A DNA stretch of 64,000 nucleotides. Source: Mobula hypostoma (lineage: Eukaryota). Both the position numbers and the translations under genes were made by a program. The notes beneath the pieces are model-generated. The model searched no databases and had not been told where the DNA came from. It was given only the letters and a program-made list of their open reading frames with translations. The stretch spans positions 3,474,001 to 3,538,000 of the forward strand of contig NC_086101.1 of NCBI RefSeq assembly GCF_963921235.1, written 5' to 3'. Positions 1-11,494 of this stretch are shown piece after piece (position 1 is the stretch's first letter; each line of letters begins with the position of its first letter).

Positions 1-84
1 GGAGAGAGTAGTGGTTTATTATTGTCACATGATACAGTGAAAAGCTTGTCTTACATTCTGTTCATACAGATCAAATCAGTATTA

Positions 85-1600
85 GGAGATTCCATTTCAT
101 TGGCTCTTCACTCAGCCCTGAAACACCTGAATAGCATTGATACATACATCAGGATGCTCTTTATTAACTACAGCTCGGCATTCAATACTGTCATCCCCTT
201 AAAACAGGTCAATGAGCTTCAAAACCTTGGCCTCAATTCCTCCTTGTGTGATTGGATCCTCGATTTCCTCACTTGCAGACCCCAGTCAGTTCAGATTGGC
301 AACAACATCTCCTCCGCAATCTCCATCGGTACAGGTGAACCACAGGGCTGTGTGCTGCGTCCCCCCTCCGCCCTCCCTGCTCTGCTCGCTTTGCACTGGT
401 GACTGTGTGGCTAAGCACAGCTGCAGCGCCATATTCAGGTTTGCTGTTGTTGGCCGAATCAAAGGTGGTGACGAATCAGCGTGTTGGAGGGAAGCTGAAA
501 ATCTGTCTGAGTGGTGCCACAACAACCTCTCACTCAGTGTCAGCAAGACCAAGGAGATGATCATTGACGTCAGGGGAAGGAAACCAGAGATCCGTGAGCC
601 AGTCCTCGTGGGGGGGGTGGGGAGTCAGCAACTTTAAATTCTTCATTGTTAACATTCCTGAGGACCAGTCCTAGGCCCAGCGTGTAAGTGCAGTTATGAA
701 GAAAGCGCGGCAGTGCCTCTACTTCCTTGGGAATTTGCAGAGACAAACTTCTATAGATGTGTGGTGGAGAGCATATTGTCTGGCTGCATCACAGCCTGGT
801 ATGGGAACGCCAACACCGTTACATGGGGAAAGCCTGCAGAAGGTAGTGGACACAGCCCAGTCCGTCACAGGCAAAGACCCTCCCCACCATTGAGCACACC
901 TATGTGAAATGCTGTTGCAGGAAAGTAGCATCCATCATCAGAGATCCCCACCACCCAGGCCACGCTCTCTTCTCGCTGCTGCCAGCAGGCAGGAGGTACA
1001 GGAGCCTCAGGACCCACACCACCGTGTTCAGGAACAGTTATTACCCCTCAACCATCAGGAAGGAGGTACAGGAGCCTCAGGACCCACACCACCGTGTTGA
1101 GGAACAGTTATTACCCCTCAACCATCAGGCAGGAGGTACAGGAGCCTCAGGACCCACACCACCGTGTTCAGGAACAGTTATTACCCCTCAACCATCAGGA
1201 AGGAGGTACAGGAGCCTCAGGACCCACACCACCGTGTTGAGGAACAGTTATTACCCCTCAACCATCAGGAAGGAGGTACAGGAGCCTCAGGACCCACACC
1301 ACCGTGTTCAGGAACAGTTATTACCCCTCAGCCATCAGGCAGGAGGTACAGGAGCCTCAGGACCCACACTACCAGGGTCAGGAACAGTTATTACCCCTCA
1401 GCCAGCACGCTCTTGAATCAGAGGGGATATCTTCACTCGCCCTATCACTGAACTGATTCCATAACCTTCGGAATCATTTTGAAGAACACTACAGCTCATG
1501 TTCTCAATATTTATTTATTTAATTTGCAGTTTATCTTCTTTTGCACATTGCCAGCCTTTGTAGTTTTTAAATTGATTCTACTGTATTTCTTTATTTTAGG
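85..1600 (+). mobile_element. Degenerate Rex1/Babar-type non-LTR retrotransposon (RT to 3' UTR)
   Basis: ORF fragments MLFINYSSAFNTVIP, DWILDFLT.RPQSV, GTG.PQGCVL, FYRCVVESILSGCITAWYGN, DPHHPGHALFSLLPAGRRYRS; frameshifts. Confidence 0.85.
991..1410 (+). repeat. Six tandem 70-bp copies of the Rex1-type ORF 3' end
   Basis: Unit aggaggtacaggagcctcagg...accatcagg starts at 991, 1061, 1131, 1201, 1271 and 1341. Confidence 0.95.
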
Positions 1601-1850
1601 CAATAGACAATAGGTGCAGGAGTTGGCCATTCGGCCCTTCGAGCCAGCACCGCCATTCACTGTGATCATGGCTGATCATCCACAATCAGTATCCAGTTCC
1701 TGCCTTATCCCCATAACCTTTGATTCCGCTATCTTTAAGAGCTCTATCCATCTCTTTCTTGAAAGCGTCCAAAGACTTGGCCTCCACAGCCTTCTGGGGC
1801 AGAGCATTCCATATATCCATCACTCTCTGGGTGAAAAAGTTTTTCTTGTG
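1601..1850 (-). mobile_element. CR1-type LINE 3' fragment
   Basis: Reverse complement of the CR1 3' UTR hairpin (gaagggccgaatggcc..ctcctgcacct) with ctattgt tail. Confidence 0.8.
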
Positions 1851-1959
1851 AATGTCCTGAAGGAAGTGAACCAGGGTTGTCTATGGTGAGGTGTGCGTAC
1901 TGTGATAATGAATTTGCTGGGAGTGTTTCCCGTTGCTCACGACTGCCTTCCTGCCACAG

Positions 1960-2071
1960 ATCCTGTTTGCCACGGAGACCTTCGCCATGGGGGTGAACAT
2001 GCCGGCCAGGACCGTGGTCTTCGACAGCATCCGCAAACACGACGGCACCAACTTCCGCGATCTGATGCCAG
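1960..2071 (+). CDS. SKIC2: SKI2-subunit helicase exon (helicase motif V region: [38 protein letters not shown])
   Basis: cag acceptor, gt donor, 112 nt; manual translation gives the Ski2/Mtr4 [15 protein letters not shown] motif; phase joins the next exon. Upstream exons lie outside the window. Confidence 0.96.
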
Positions 2072-2447
2072 GTGACAGTGCCTGACCGGGGGCGGGTGGG
2101 GGTTACTGTGCTGCCCGCAATATTCACGCTGGGCCAGCAATTTTATCTCCCTCTTCTGAAGGTCACGCCTCAGCGTTGTACCTTGTAGTGAGCCCGTCCC
2201 ATCTCTCCTTAGGATTAAAGGCCTCCCTCCATTTCAGGTGATGTCCTGGCTCTCCCTCCATTGCTGCCAGCTCCTTGCCGTCACTCCAGATCTGATGCAG
2301 AACAGAAATAAACACGCAATATAGAGCACGATAATTTAAAAACAAAACATTAAATATAAATGGAAACTGTAGCTTGTATGTCAATTGATTGTATGTCCAT
2401 AAAGTGATGCTAGGTACAGAAGGTGTCTGACAGGAAAGGGTGAAGTA

Positions 2448-4246
2448 GTGTGTGCGTGTGCGCGTGCGTGTGTGTGCGCGTGTGTGCGTGTGTGTGTACG
2501 TGTGTGTGTGTACGTGTGTGTGTGTACGTGTACATGTGTGTGCGTGTACATGTGTGTGCACGTGTGTGTACGTGTACGTGTGTGTGTGTGTACATGTGTA
2601 CGTGTACGTGTGTGCGCGTACGTGTGTGCGCGCGTGTGTGTACGTGTGTGTGTGTACGTGTGTGTGTGTGTACATGTACGTGTGTGTGTACGTGTGTGTG
2701 TGTGTGTACGTGTGTGTGTGTGTACATGTACGTGTGTGTGTGTGTGTACGTGTGTGTGTACATGTACGTGTGTGTGCACATGTGTGTGTACGTGTACATG
2801 TGTGTGTGTGTACGTGTGTGCGCGTGTGTGTGTGTGTACATGTACGTGTGTGTGTGTGTACGTGTGTGTGTGTGTACGTGTGTGTGTGTGTACATGTACG
2901 TGTGTGTGTACGTGTGTGTGTGTGTACGTGTACATGTGTGTGCGTGTACATGTGTGTGCACGTGTGTGTACGTGTACGTGTGTGTGTGTGTACATGTGTA
3001 CGTGTACGTGTGTGCGCGTACGTGTGTGCGCGCGTGTGTGTGTACGTGTGTGTGTGTGTGTACATGTACGTGTGTGTGTGTGTACGTGTGTGTGTGTACG
3101 TGTGTGTGTGTGTGTACGTGTGTGTGTGTGTACATGTACGTGTGTGTGTACGTGTGTGTGTGTGTGTACGTGTGTGTGTACATGTACGTGTGTGTGTGTG
3201 TGTACGTGTGTGTGTACATGTACGTGTGTGTGCACGTGTGTGTGTGTGTACATGTACGTGTGTGTGTACGTGTGTGTGTGTGTACGTGTACGTGTGTGTG
3301 TGTGTACATGTGTACGTGTACGTGTGTGCGCGTACGTGTGTGTGCGCGTGTGTGTGTACGTGTGTGTGTGTGTACGTGTGTGTGTACGTGTGTGTGTACA
3401 TGTACATGTGTGTGCACGTGTGTGTGTGTACGTGTGTGTGTGTACGTGTACATGTGTGTGCGTGTACATGTGTGTGCACGTGTGTGTACGTGTACGTGTG
3501 TGTGTGTGTACATGTGTACGTGTACGTGTGTGCGCGCGTGTGTGTGTACGTGTGTGTGTGTACGTGTGTGTGTGTACATGTACGTGTGTGTGTACGTGTG
3601 TGTGTACGTGTGTGTGTGTACGTGTGTGTGTGTGTACATGTACGTGTGTGTGTACGTGTGTGTGTGTGTGTACGTGTGTGTGTACATGTACGTGTGTGTG
3701 CCGTGTGTGTGTACGTGTACATGTGTGTGTGTGTACGTGTGTGCGCGTGTGTGTGTGTGTACATGTACGTGTGTGTGTGTGTACGTGTGTGTGTGTGTAC
3801 GTGTGTGTGTGTGTACATGTACGTGTGTGTGTACGTGTGTGTGTGTGTGTACGTGTGTGTGTACATGTACGTGTGTGTGCACGTGTGTGTGTGTGTACAT
3901 GTACGTGTGTGTGTACGTGTGTGTGTGTGTACGTGTACGTGTGTGTGTGTGTACATGTGTACGTGTACGTGTGTGCGCGTACATGTGTGTGCGCGTGTGT
4001 GTGTACGTGTGTGTGTGTGTACGTGTGTGTGTACGTGTGTGTGTGTGTACGTGTGTGTGTACATGTACATGTGTGTGCACGTGTGTGTGTGTACGTGTGT
4101 GTGTGTACATGTACATGTGTGTGTACGTGTGTGTGTGTGTACGTGTGTGTGTGTGTACGTGTGTGTGTACGTGTACATGTGTGTGTGTGTACGTGTGTGC
4201 GCGTACGTGTGTTCGCGTGTGTGTGTGTGTACGTGTACGTGTGTGC

Positions 4247-4280
<34 letters not shown>
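2448..4280. repeat. 1.8-kb compound (TG)n microsatellite with TACG/CACG/TACA interruptions
   Basis: Direct reading; near-perfect purine/pyrimidine alternation. Confidence 0.98.
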
Positions 4281-4284
<4 letters not shown>

Positions 4285-4384
4285 CCTCCCTCACTACTCT
4301 GAATGTATGTAATGCATCTGGGCCCCAGAGGAACTGTGTCCATGAATGGTCTGAATAGTAATTAAACTTGATTTGATCTGAACA

Positions 4385-5270
4385 AGCTGCATCACTCTGC
4401 ACGGTATGGAAACAGCACTGCGGTAGACAGAAAGGCTCAACGGGTAGTCAGAACTTCCCGATGCATCACCGGCACTAGCCGACTGGCCGTCAAGGACATG
4501 TATACAGTAAGGCACCAGAAAAGGCCAGTATCATCATGAAGGATCCCACCGCACTGTCTGTCCCACTCCCATCAGGGAGGAGGCTACCTAGCTCCCACAG
4601 CAGGACCACCAGACTCAAAAACAGTTACTTTCCCCAAGCAGTAAGGCTGATCAACACCTCCACCCACATCCCCAACTCCGGCCCCGCCCTCCCCAGCCTG
4701 CCCTCTGGCCCTGCCCTCCCCGGCCCGACCTCTGGCCCCACCCTCGCCGGCCCGCCAGCCAGCCCTGTCCCTCCCAGCCTCAGAAAATAGCGGTATCGGT
4801 GAACTTTCCTGATTCTGTGGAATACATTCCGGGACCGTGAGAGGTTGTGTGAGATGTGCGAGATGTGCACTTTCAGGAGTATGAAACCGCTCGCAGTTTC
4901 CACTGCTGTGCTGCAGATGTAAAATGGAGTGGTGTGAGTACTCTTGAAGTCGACAACCATCTCCTTCGTTTTCTTGACTGTGAGGAGGAGGCTGTTTGCC
5001 AGGGCACCGGGCCTGTCTCTCTGTCGGCCATCTCATCGCTGTTGCTGATGGGCCCTACTACTGTTGTGTTGTCAGCGAACTGACAGTGTGATTACTGGAG
5101 TGTTTGACCGTGCAGTTGTGTGCGAGCAGAGTGCCCAGCACTGGGCTCGGCACGAGGGGTGGGCTTACCCCTGCTGAGGATGGTGGGGAGGGAGGAGGGC
5201 TCTGAGGTCTGCTGGTTAGAAAGTCACAGTGGTGTATTTGGATGGAGATGGTGGAGTTTAACATTCTCGC
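4385..5270. mobile_element. Two Rex1-type LINE fragments (+ at about 4385-4665, - at about 4785-5270)
   Basis: LPSGRRL..SRTTRLKNSYFPQAVRLIN on +; MVVDF, CDFLTSRPQ remnants on -. Confidence 0.65.
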
Positions 5271-5477
5271 TCTGCGCCATGCGTGAATGACTGTCATGCT
5301 GCTTCACCCTGGGGCTGTTGACCCAGTTATCCACCCCTGTCCCCACGAAGCCAGCGAGCTCCAGGCGCTGCCACCCAGCAACGGAGAAACCGTTCCTTCC
5401 TTTCACTGAGTCTGGACAGCAGCTGCCACAACCCGGTGTCCTCCCGGGCACTGACCAATAAGAAGGCTGGAATATAG

Positions 5478-5885
5478 TGTTCCCATAGTGGGGAAGTCTA
5501 GGACCAGAGGACACAGATAGAGTGGATGTGGAGAGGATGTTTCCTATAGTGAGGGAGTCTAGGACCAGAGGGCACAGATAAAGTGGATGTGGAGAGGATG
5601 TTTCCTATAGTGAGGGAGTCTAGGACCAGAGAGCACAGATGGAGTGGATGTGGAGAGGATGTTTCCTATAGTGAGGGAGTCTAGGACCAGAGGGCACAGA
5701 TAGAGTGGGTGTGGAGAGGATGTTTCCTGTAGTGAGGGAGTCTAGGACCAGAGGGCACAGAAGGATGTACTTTGGAGCAGTTATGAGAAGGAATCTCTTT
5801 AGCCAGATGGAGGTAAATCTGTGGGATTCTCTGCCCAGAGAGGACCATAGGGCACAGTAGCAGAATTAGGCCATTTGGCCTATGA
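5478..5885 (+). repeat. CR1 fragment containing about 5 tandem ~60-bp copies of its ORF end
   Basis: Unit gatagagtggatgtggagaggatgtttcctatagtgagggagtctaggaccagagggcaca encodes DRVDVERMFPIV.ESRTRGH. Confidence 0.85.
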
Positions 5886-5949
5886 AGTGCTCCATCCCCT
5901 CGGGATCTGCATTTGAGGTCACCACACCTCATTCAGTTACCTCCTTTAG

Positions 5950-6205
5950 AGTGTCACGGTACAGCAGTCAGCACAACGCTGTCACTGCTCGCGACGATTC
6001 AGAGATCAGTTCTGCTGTCCTATGTCCTTTTGTGTACGTGAAGGTTTCTTCCGGCTGCTTCCGATTCCTCCCACAGTCAAAGTCATACCGGTGAGTAGGT
6101 TAACTGTCCTGTGGTTAGACGAGGGTTAAATACTTGGGTTCCTGGGTCGTCGCGGCTCTGAGGGCCAGATGGTCCTGTCTCATGGCGTATCTCTAAATAA
6201 AATAA
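5950..6205 (+). mobile_element. V-SINE (HE1-like) copy
   Basis: ggtttc..ccgg.tgctccg.ttcctcccacagtc.aaag core and taaataaaataa tail. Confidence 0.6.
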
Positions 6206-6441
6206 CATGCCATCACTCGACACAGCTCCTGTTGTGCTTCCCTGCCCACCCTGGCAGGAGGGAGTAGCCCCTCCTCACTCATCGCCTCTCTGCCCCAGTT
6301 CCCTGGCTGTGACCTGTGACCTTTCCGCCCCCTGTGCCCCGGTTCCCTGGCTGTGAGCTGTGACCTTTCCGCCCCCTGTGCCCCGGTTCCCTGGCTGTGG
6401 GCTGTGACCTGTGACCTTTCCGCCCCCTGTGTCTGGTGCAG

Positions 6442-6560
6442 GAGAATACATCCAGATGGCGGGCAGAGCGGGGAGACGAGGGCTGGACACCACGGGGATG
6501 GTGATCATCCTCTGCAAGAGCGGGGTTCATGAAATGGCCGACCTCCACAGGATGATGCTG
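6442..6560 (+). CDS. SKIC2: SKIC2 exon (motif [41 protein letters not shown])
   Basis: cag/gtgagt boundaries, 119 nt, [10 protein letters not shown] helicase motif VI. Confidence 0.97.
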
Positions 6561-6829
6561 GTGAGTGGGGCGCAACGACTGCGGGGAGAGAGATGTTGGG
6601 GAGGCGGGAAGAGGGGGTAGTGGGGGAGATGGGGAGGGCTCAGTCGGGGGTTGGAGGAAGGGGCGTATGGGGAGAGTGGGAGGGAGAGTGGACAGGGCGG
6701 GGAGGTCAGTTGGGGAGGGGGGCCGATGGTTTTGGGGGGGGGAAGAAATGTAGGAGAATAGTTGGGAAGAGGAGTGGATTCAAATTGCCGTACCAGACAG
6801 TGATAGAACCAGTCAGGCCATTCCATCAG

Positions 6830-9800
6830 CGACACACACAAAATGCTGGCGGAATCTAGATTGAGGAAGCATCTGTGGAGAGGAATAGACGGTCAATACT
6901 TCAGGCCGAGACCTTCATCAGGACTGGAAAGAAAGCGGGGGAGAATGCCAGAATAAACAAGTGGCGGGGAGGGCAGGCTGAAGTGAGAAGCTGGGAGATG
7001 ACTGGTGGAAACAGCAATGGGCTGGAGAAGAAGGTATCTGATAGAAGAAGGGAGTGGCCTCGGGCGAAAGGGAGGGAGGAGGGGTGCCAGGGGAGGTGGT
7101 AAAGCAGGGGAGGAGGGGTGCCAGGGGAGGAGGGGTAACAGGGGAGGTGGTAAGCAGGGGAGGAGGGGTAACAGGGGAGGAGGTGGTAAGCAGGGGAGGA
7201 GGGGTGCTAGGGGAGGTGATAAGGAGGGGAGGAGGGGTAACAGGGGAGGTGGTAAGCAGGGGAGGAGGGGTAACCGGGGAGGAGGTGGTAAGCAGGGGAG
7301 GAGGGGTGCCAGGGGTGGTGATAAGGAGGGGAGGAGGGGTGCCAGGGGAGGTGGTAAGCAGGGGAGGAGGGGTGCCGGGGGAGGTGATAAGCAGGGGAGG
7401 AGGGGTACCAGGAGAGGTGGTAGGGAGGGGAGGAGGGGTGCTGGGGGAGGAGGTAGTAAGCAGGGGAGGTGATAAGGAGGGGAGGAGGGGTGCCGGGGGA
7501 GGAGGTAGTAAGCAGGGGAGGTGATAAGGAGGGGAGGAGGGGTGCCAGGGGAGGTGGTAAGCAGGGGAGGAGGGGTGCCAGGGGAGGTGATAAGCAGGGG
7601 AGGAGGTAGTAAGCAGGGGAGGAGGGGTGCCAGGAGAGGTGGTAAGCAGGGGAGGAGGGGTGTCAGGGGAGGTGATGAGGAGGGGAGGAGGGGTGCCAGG
7701 GGAGGTGGTAAGCAGGGGAGGAGGGGTAACAGGGGAGGAGGTGGTAAGCAGGGGAGGAGGGGTGCTAGGGGAGGTGATAAGCAGGGGAGGAGGGGTAACA
7801 GGGGAGGTGGTAAGCAGGGGAGGAGGGGTAACCGGGGAGGAGGTGGTAAGCAGGGGAGGAGGGGTGCCAGGGGTGGTGATAAGGAGGGGAGGAGGGGTGC
7901 CAGGGGAGGTGGTAAGCAGGGGAGGAGGGGTGCCAGGGGAGGTGATAAGCAGGGGAGGAGGGGTACCAGGGGAGGTGGTAAGGAGGGGAGGAGGGGTGCC
8001 GGGGGAGGAGGTAGTAAGCAGGGGAGGTGATAAGGAGGGGAGGAGGGGTGCCAGGGGAGGTGGTAAGCAGGGGAGGAGGGGTGCCAGGGGAGGTGATAAG
8101 CAGGGGAGGAGGTAGTAAGCAGGGGAGGAGGGGTGCCAGGAGAGGTGGTAAGCAGGGGAGGAGGGGTGTCAGGGGAGGTGATGAGGAGGGGAGGAGGGGT
8201 GCCAGGGGAGGTGGTAAGCAGGGGAGGAGGGGTACCAGGGGAGGTGATAAGTAGGGGAGGAGGGGTGCCAGGGGAGGTGATAGGGGGGGAGGGGTGATAG
8301 GGGGGGAGGGGTGCCAGGGGAGGTGATGAGGGGAGGAAGGGTGCCAGGAGTGGTGATAAGGAGGGGAGGAGGGGTGCCAGGGGAGGAGGGGTGGCAGGGG
8401 AGGTGGTAAGCAGGGGAGGAGGGGTGCCAGGGGAGGTGGTAAGCAGGGGAGGAAGGGTGCCAGGGGAGTTGGGGTGCCAGGGGAGGTGATGAGGGGAGGA
8501 AGGGTGCCAGGAGTGGTGATAAGGAGGGGAGGAGGGGTGCCAGGGGAGGTGGTAAGCAGGGGAGGAGGGGTGCCAGGGGAGGTGGTAAGCAGGGGAGGAG
8601 GGGTGCCAGGGGAGGTGGTAAGCAGGGGAGGAAGGGTGTCAGGGGAGGAAGGGTAATGGGGGAGGAAGGGTGCCAGGAGTGGTGGTAAGCAGGGGAGGAG
8701 GGGTGTCAGGGGAGGTGGTAAGCAGGGGAGGAAGGGTGCCAGGGGAGGTGGTAAGCAGGGGAGGAGGGGTACCAGGGGAGGTGATAAGTAGGGGAGGAAG
8801 GGTGCCAGGGGAGGTGATGGGGGGGAGGGGTGCCAGGGGAGTTGGGGTGCCAGGGGAGGTGATGAGGGGAGGAAGGGTGCCAGGAGTGGTGATAAGGAGG
8901 GGAGGAGGGGTGCCAGGGGAGGTGGTAAGCAGGGGAGGAGGGGTGCCAGGGGAGGTGGTAAGCAGGGGATGAGGGGTGTCAGGGGAGGAGGGGTGCCAGG
9001 GGAGGTGGTAAGCAGGGGAGGAGGGGTGTCAGGGGAGGAGGGGTGCCAGGGGAGGTGGTAAGCAGGGGAGGAGGGGTGCCAGGGGAGGTGGTAAGCAGGG
9101 GATGAGGGGTGTCAGGGGAGGTGATGGGGGGGGAGGGGTGCCAGGAGTGGTGATAAGGAGGGGAGGAGGGGTGCCAGGGGAGGTGATGAGGGGAGGAAGG
9201 GTGTCAGGAGTGGTGATAAGGAGGGGAGGAGGGGTGCCAGGGGAGGTGGTAAGCAGGGGAGGAGGGGTGCCAGGGGAGGTGGTAAGCAGGGGAGGAGGGG
9301 TGCCAGGGGAGGTGATAAGTAGGGGAGGAGGGGTGCCAGGGGAGGTGATAGGGGGGGAGGGGTGCCAGGGGAGTTGGGGTGCCAGGGGAGGTGATGAGGG
9401 GAGGAAGGGTGCCAGGGGAGGTGGTAAGCAGGGGAGGAAGGGTGCCAGGGGAGGTGGTAAGCAGGGGAGGAGGGGTGCCAGGGGAGGTGGTAAGCAGGGG
9501 AGGAGGGGTACCAGGGGAGGTGATAAGTAGGGGAGGAGGGGTGCCAGGGGAGGTGATGGGGGGGGAGGGGTGCCAGGAGTGGTGATAAGGAGGGGAGGAG
9601 GGGTGCCAGGGGAGGTGATGAGGGGAGGAAGGGTGTCAGGAGTGGTGATAAGGAGGGGAGGAGGGGTGCCAGGGGAGGTGGTAAGCAGGGGAGGAGGGGT
9701 GCCAGGGGAGGTGGTAAGCAGGGGAGGAGGGGTGCCAGGGGAGGTGATAAGTAGGGGAGGAGGGGTGCCAGGGGAGGTGATAAGTAGGGGAGGAGGGGTG

Positions 9801-11300
9801 CCAGGGGAGTGATAGGGGGGAGGGGTGCCAGGGGAGTTGGGGTGCCAGGGGAGGTGATGAGGGGAGGAAGGGTGCCAGGAGTGGTGATGAGGGGAGGAGG
9901 GGTGCCAGGGGAGGTGGTAAGCAGGGGAGGAGGGGTGCCAGGGGAGGTGGTAAGCAGGGGATGAGGGGTGTCAGGGGAGGAGGGGTGCCAGGGGAGGTGG
10001 TAAGCAGGGGAGGAGGGGTGTCAGGGGAGGAGGGGTGCCAGGGGAGGTGGTAAGCAGGGGAGGAGGGGTGCCAGGGGAGGTGGTAAGCAGGGGATGAGGG
10101 GTGTCAGGGGAGGTGATGGGGGGAGGGGTGCCAGGAGTGGTGATAAGGAGGGGAGGAGGGGTGCCAGGGGAGGTGATGAGGGGAGGAAGGGTGTCAGGAG
10201 TGGTGATAAGGAGGGGAGGAGGGGTGCCAGGGGAGGTGGTAAGCAGGGGAGGAGGGGTGCCAGGGGAGGTGGTAAGCAGGGGAGGAGGGGTGCCAGGGGA
10301 GGTGATAAGTAGGGGAGGAGGGGTGCCAGGGGAGGTGATAGGGGGGGAGGGGTGCCAGGGGAGTTGGGGTGCCAGGGGAGGTGATGAGGGGAGGAAGGGT
10401 GCCAGGGGAGGTGGTAAGCAGGGGAGGAAGGGTGCCAGGGGAGGTGGTAAGCAGGGGAGGAGGGGTGCCAGGGGAGGTGGTAAGCAGGGGAGGAGGGGTA
10501 CCAGGGGTTGAGGGGTAACAGGGGAGGTAGTGATAAGCAGGGGAGGAGGGGGAACAGGGGAGGTAGTGGTAAGCAGGGGAGGAGGGGGAACAGGGGAGGT
10601 AGTGGTAAGCATGGGAGGAAGGGTGCCAGGGGTGGTGATAAGGAGGGGAAGAGGGGTGCTAGGGGTGGTGATAAGGAGGGGAAGAGGGGTGCTAGGGATG
10701 GTGATAAGGAGGGGAGGAGGGGTGCCAGGGGAGGTGGTAAGCAGGGGAGGAGGGGTGCCAGGGGAGGTGGTAAGCAGGGGAGGAGGGGTGCCAGGGGAGG
10801 TGATAAGTAGGGGAGGAGGGGTGCCAGGGGAGGTGATAGGGGGGAGGGGTGCCAGGGGAGTTGGGGTGCCAGGGGAGGTGATGAGGGGAGGAAGGGTGCC
10901 AGGGGAGGTGGTAAGCAGGGGAGGAAGGGTGCCAGGGGAGGTGGTAAGCAGGGGAGGAGTGGTGCCAGGGGAGGTGGTAAGCAGGGGAGGAGGGGTACCA
11001 GGGGTTGAGGGGTAACAGGGGAGGTAGTGATAAGCAGGGGAGGAGGGGGAACAGGGGAGGTAGTGGTAAGCATGGGAGGAAGGGTGCCAGGGGTGGTGAT
11101 AAGGAGGGGAAGAGGGGTGCTAGGGATGGTGATAAGGAGGGGAAGAGGGGTGCCGGGGAGGTAGTGATAAGCAGGGGAGGAGAAGAGGAATGAGGCCAGA
11201 GTCAGGAATTGAAGAAGCGGGAGGGGGAGACCTTACTGGAAGGTGGAGAAATCGATGTTCGAACCACCAGGTTGGAGACTACCCAGACTATAAAGTGTTG
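6830..11300 (-). mobile_element. Penelope-like element 3' end split by a minisatellite
   Basis: 11232-11300 reverse-translates to LGSLQPGGSNIDFSTFQ* (GIY-YIG C-terminus, cf. 37730-37785); 6830-7075 resembles the terminal repeat with a degenerate hammerhead. Confidence 0.7.
7075..11180. repeat. 4.1-kb G-rich minisatellite (units about 33 bp, ggggtgccaggggaggtggtaagcaggggagga) with higher-order duplications
   Basis: Direct reading. Confidence 0.97.
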
Positions 11301-11494
11301 AGGTATGAAGTGTTTGGTGATAAGCTGAACTTCCTGAGAAGCTAAAGATACAGCTTCACTTCGCTTTCCTTATGGTCTGTGTGCTGGGGCCAGCTCAGTT
11401 CATCTGATACATGGACACTAAAAAATTTGAAGTTCTGACTTCCCCCACCACCGCTTCCCGATGTAGAGTGGCGCATGCTTGTCGTCTTCCTCAT

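Noticed and set aside
2163..4402. 600-700 aa His/Thr and Cys/Val ORFs
   Set aside because: Translations of the RY microsatellite, open in all six frames
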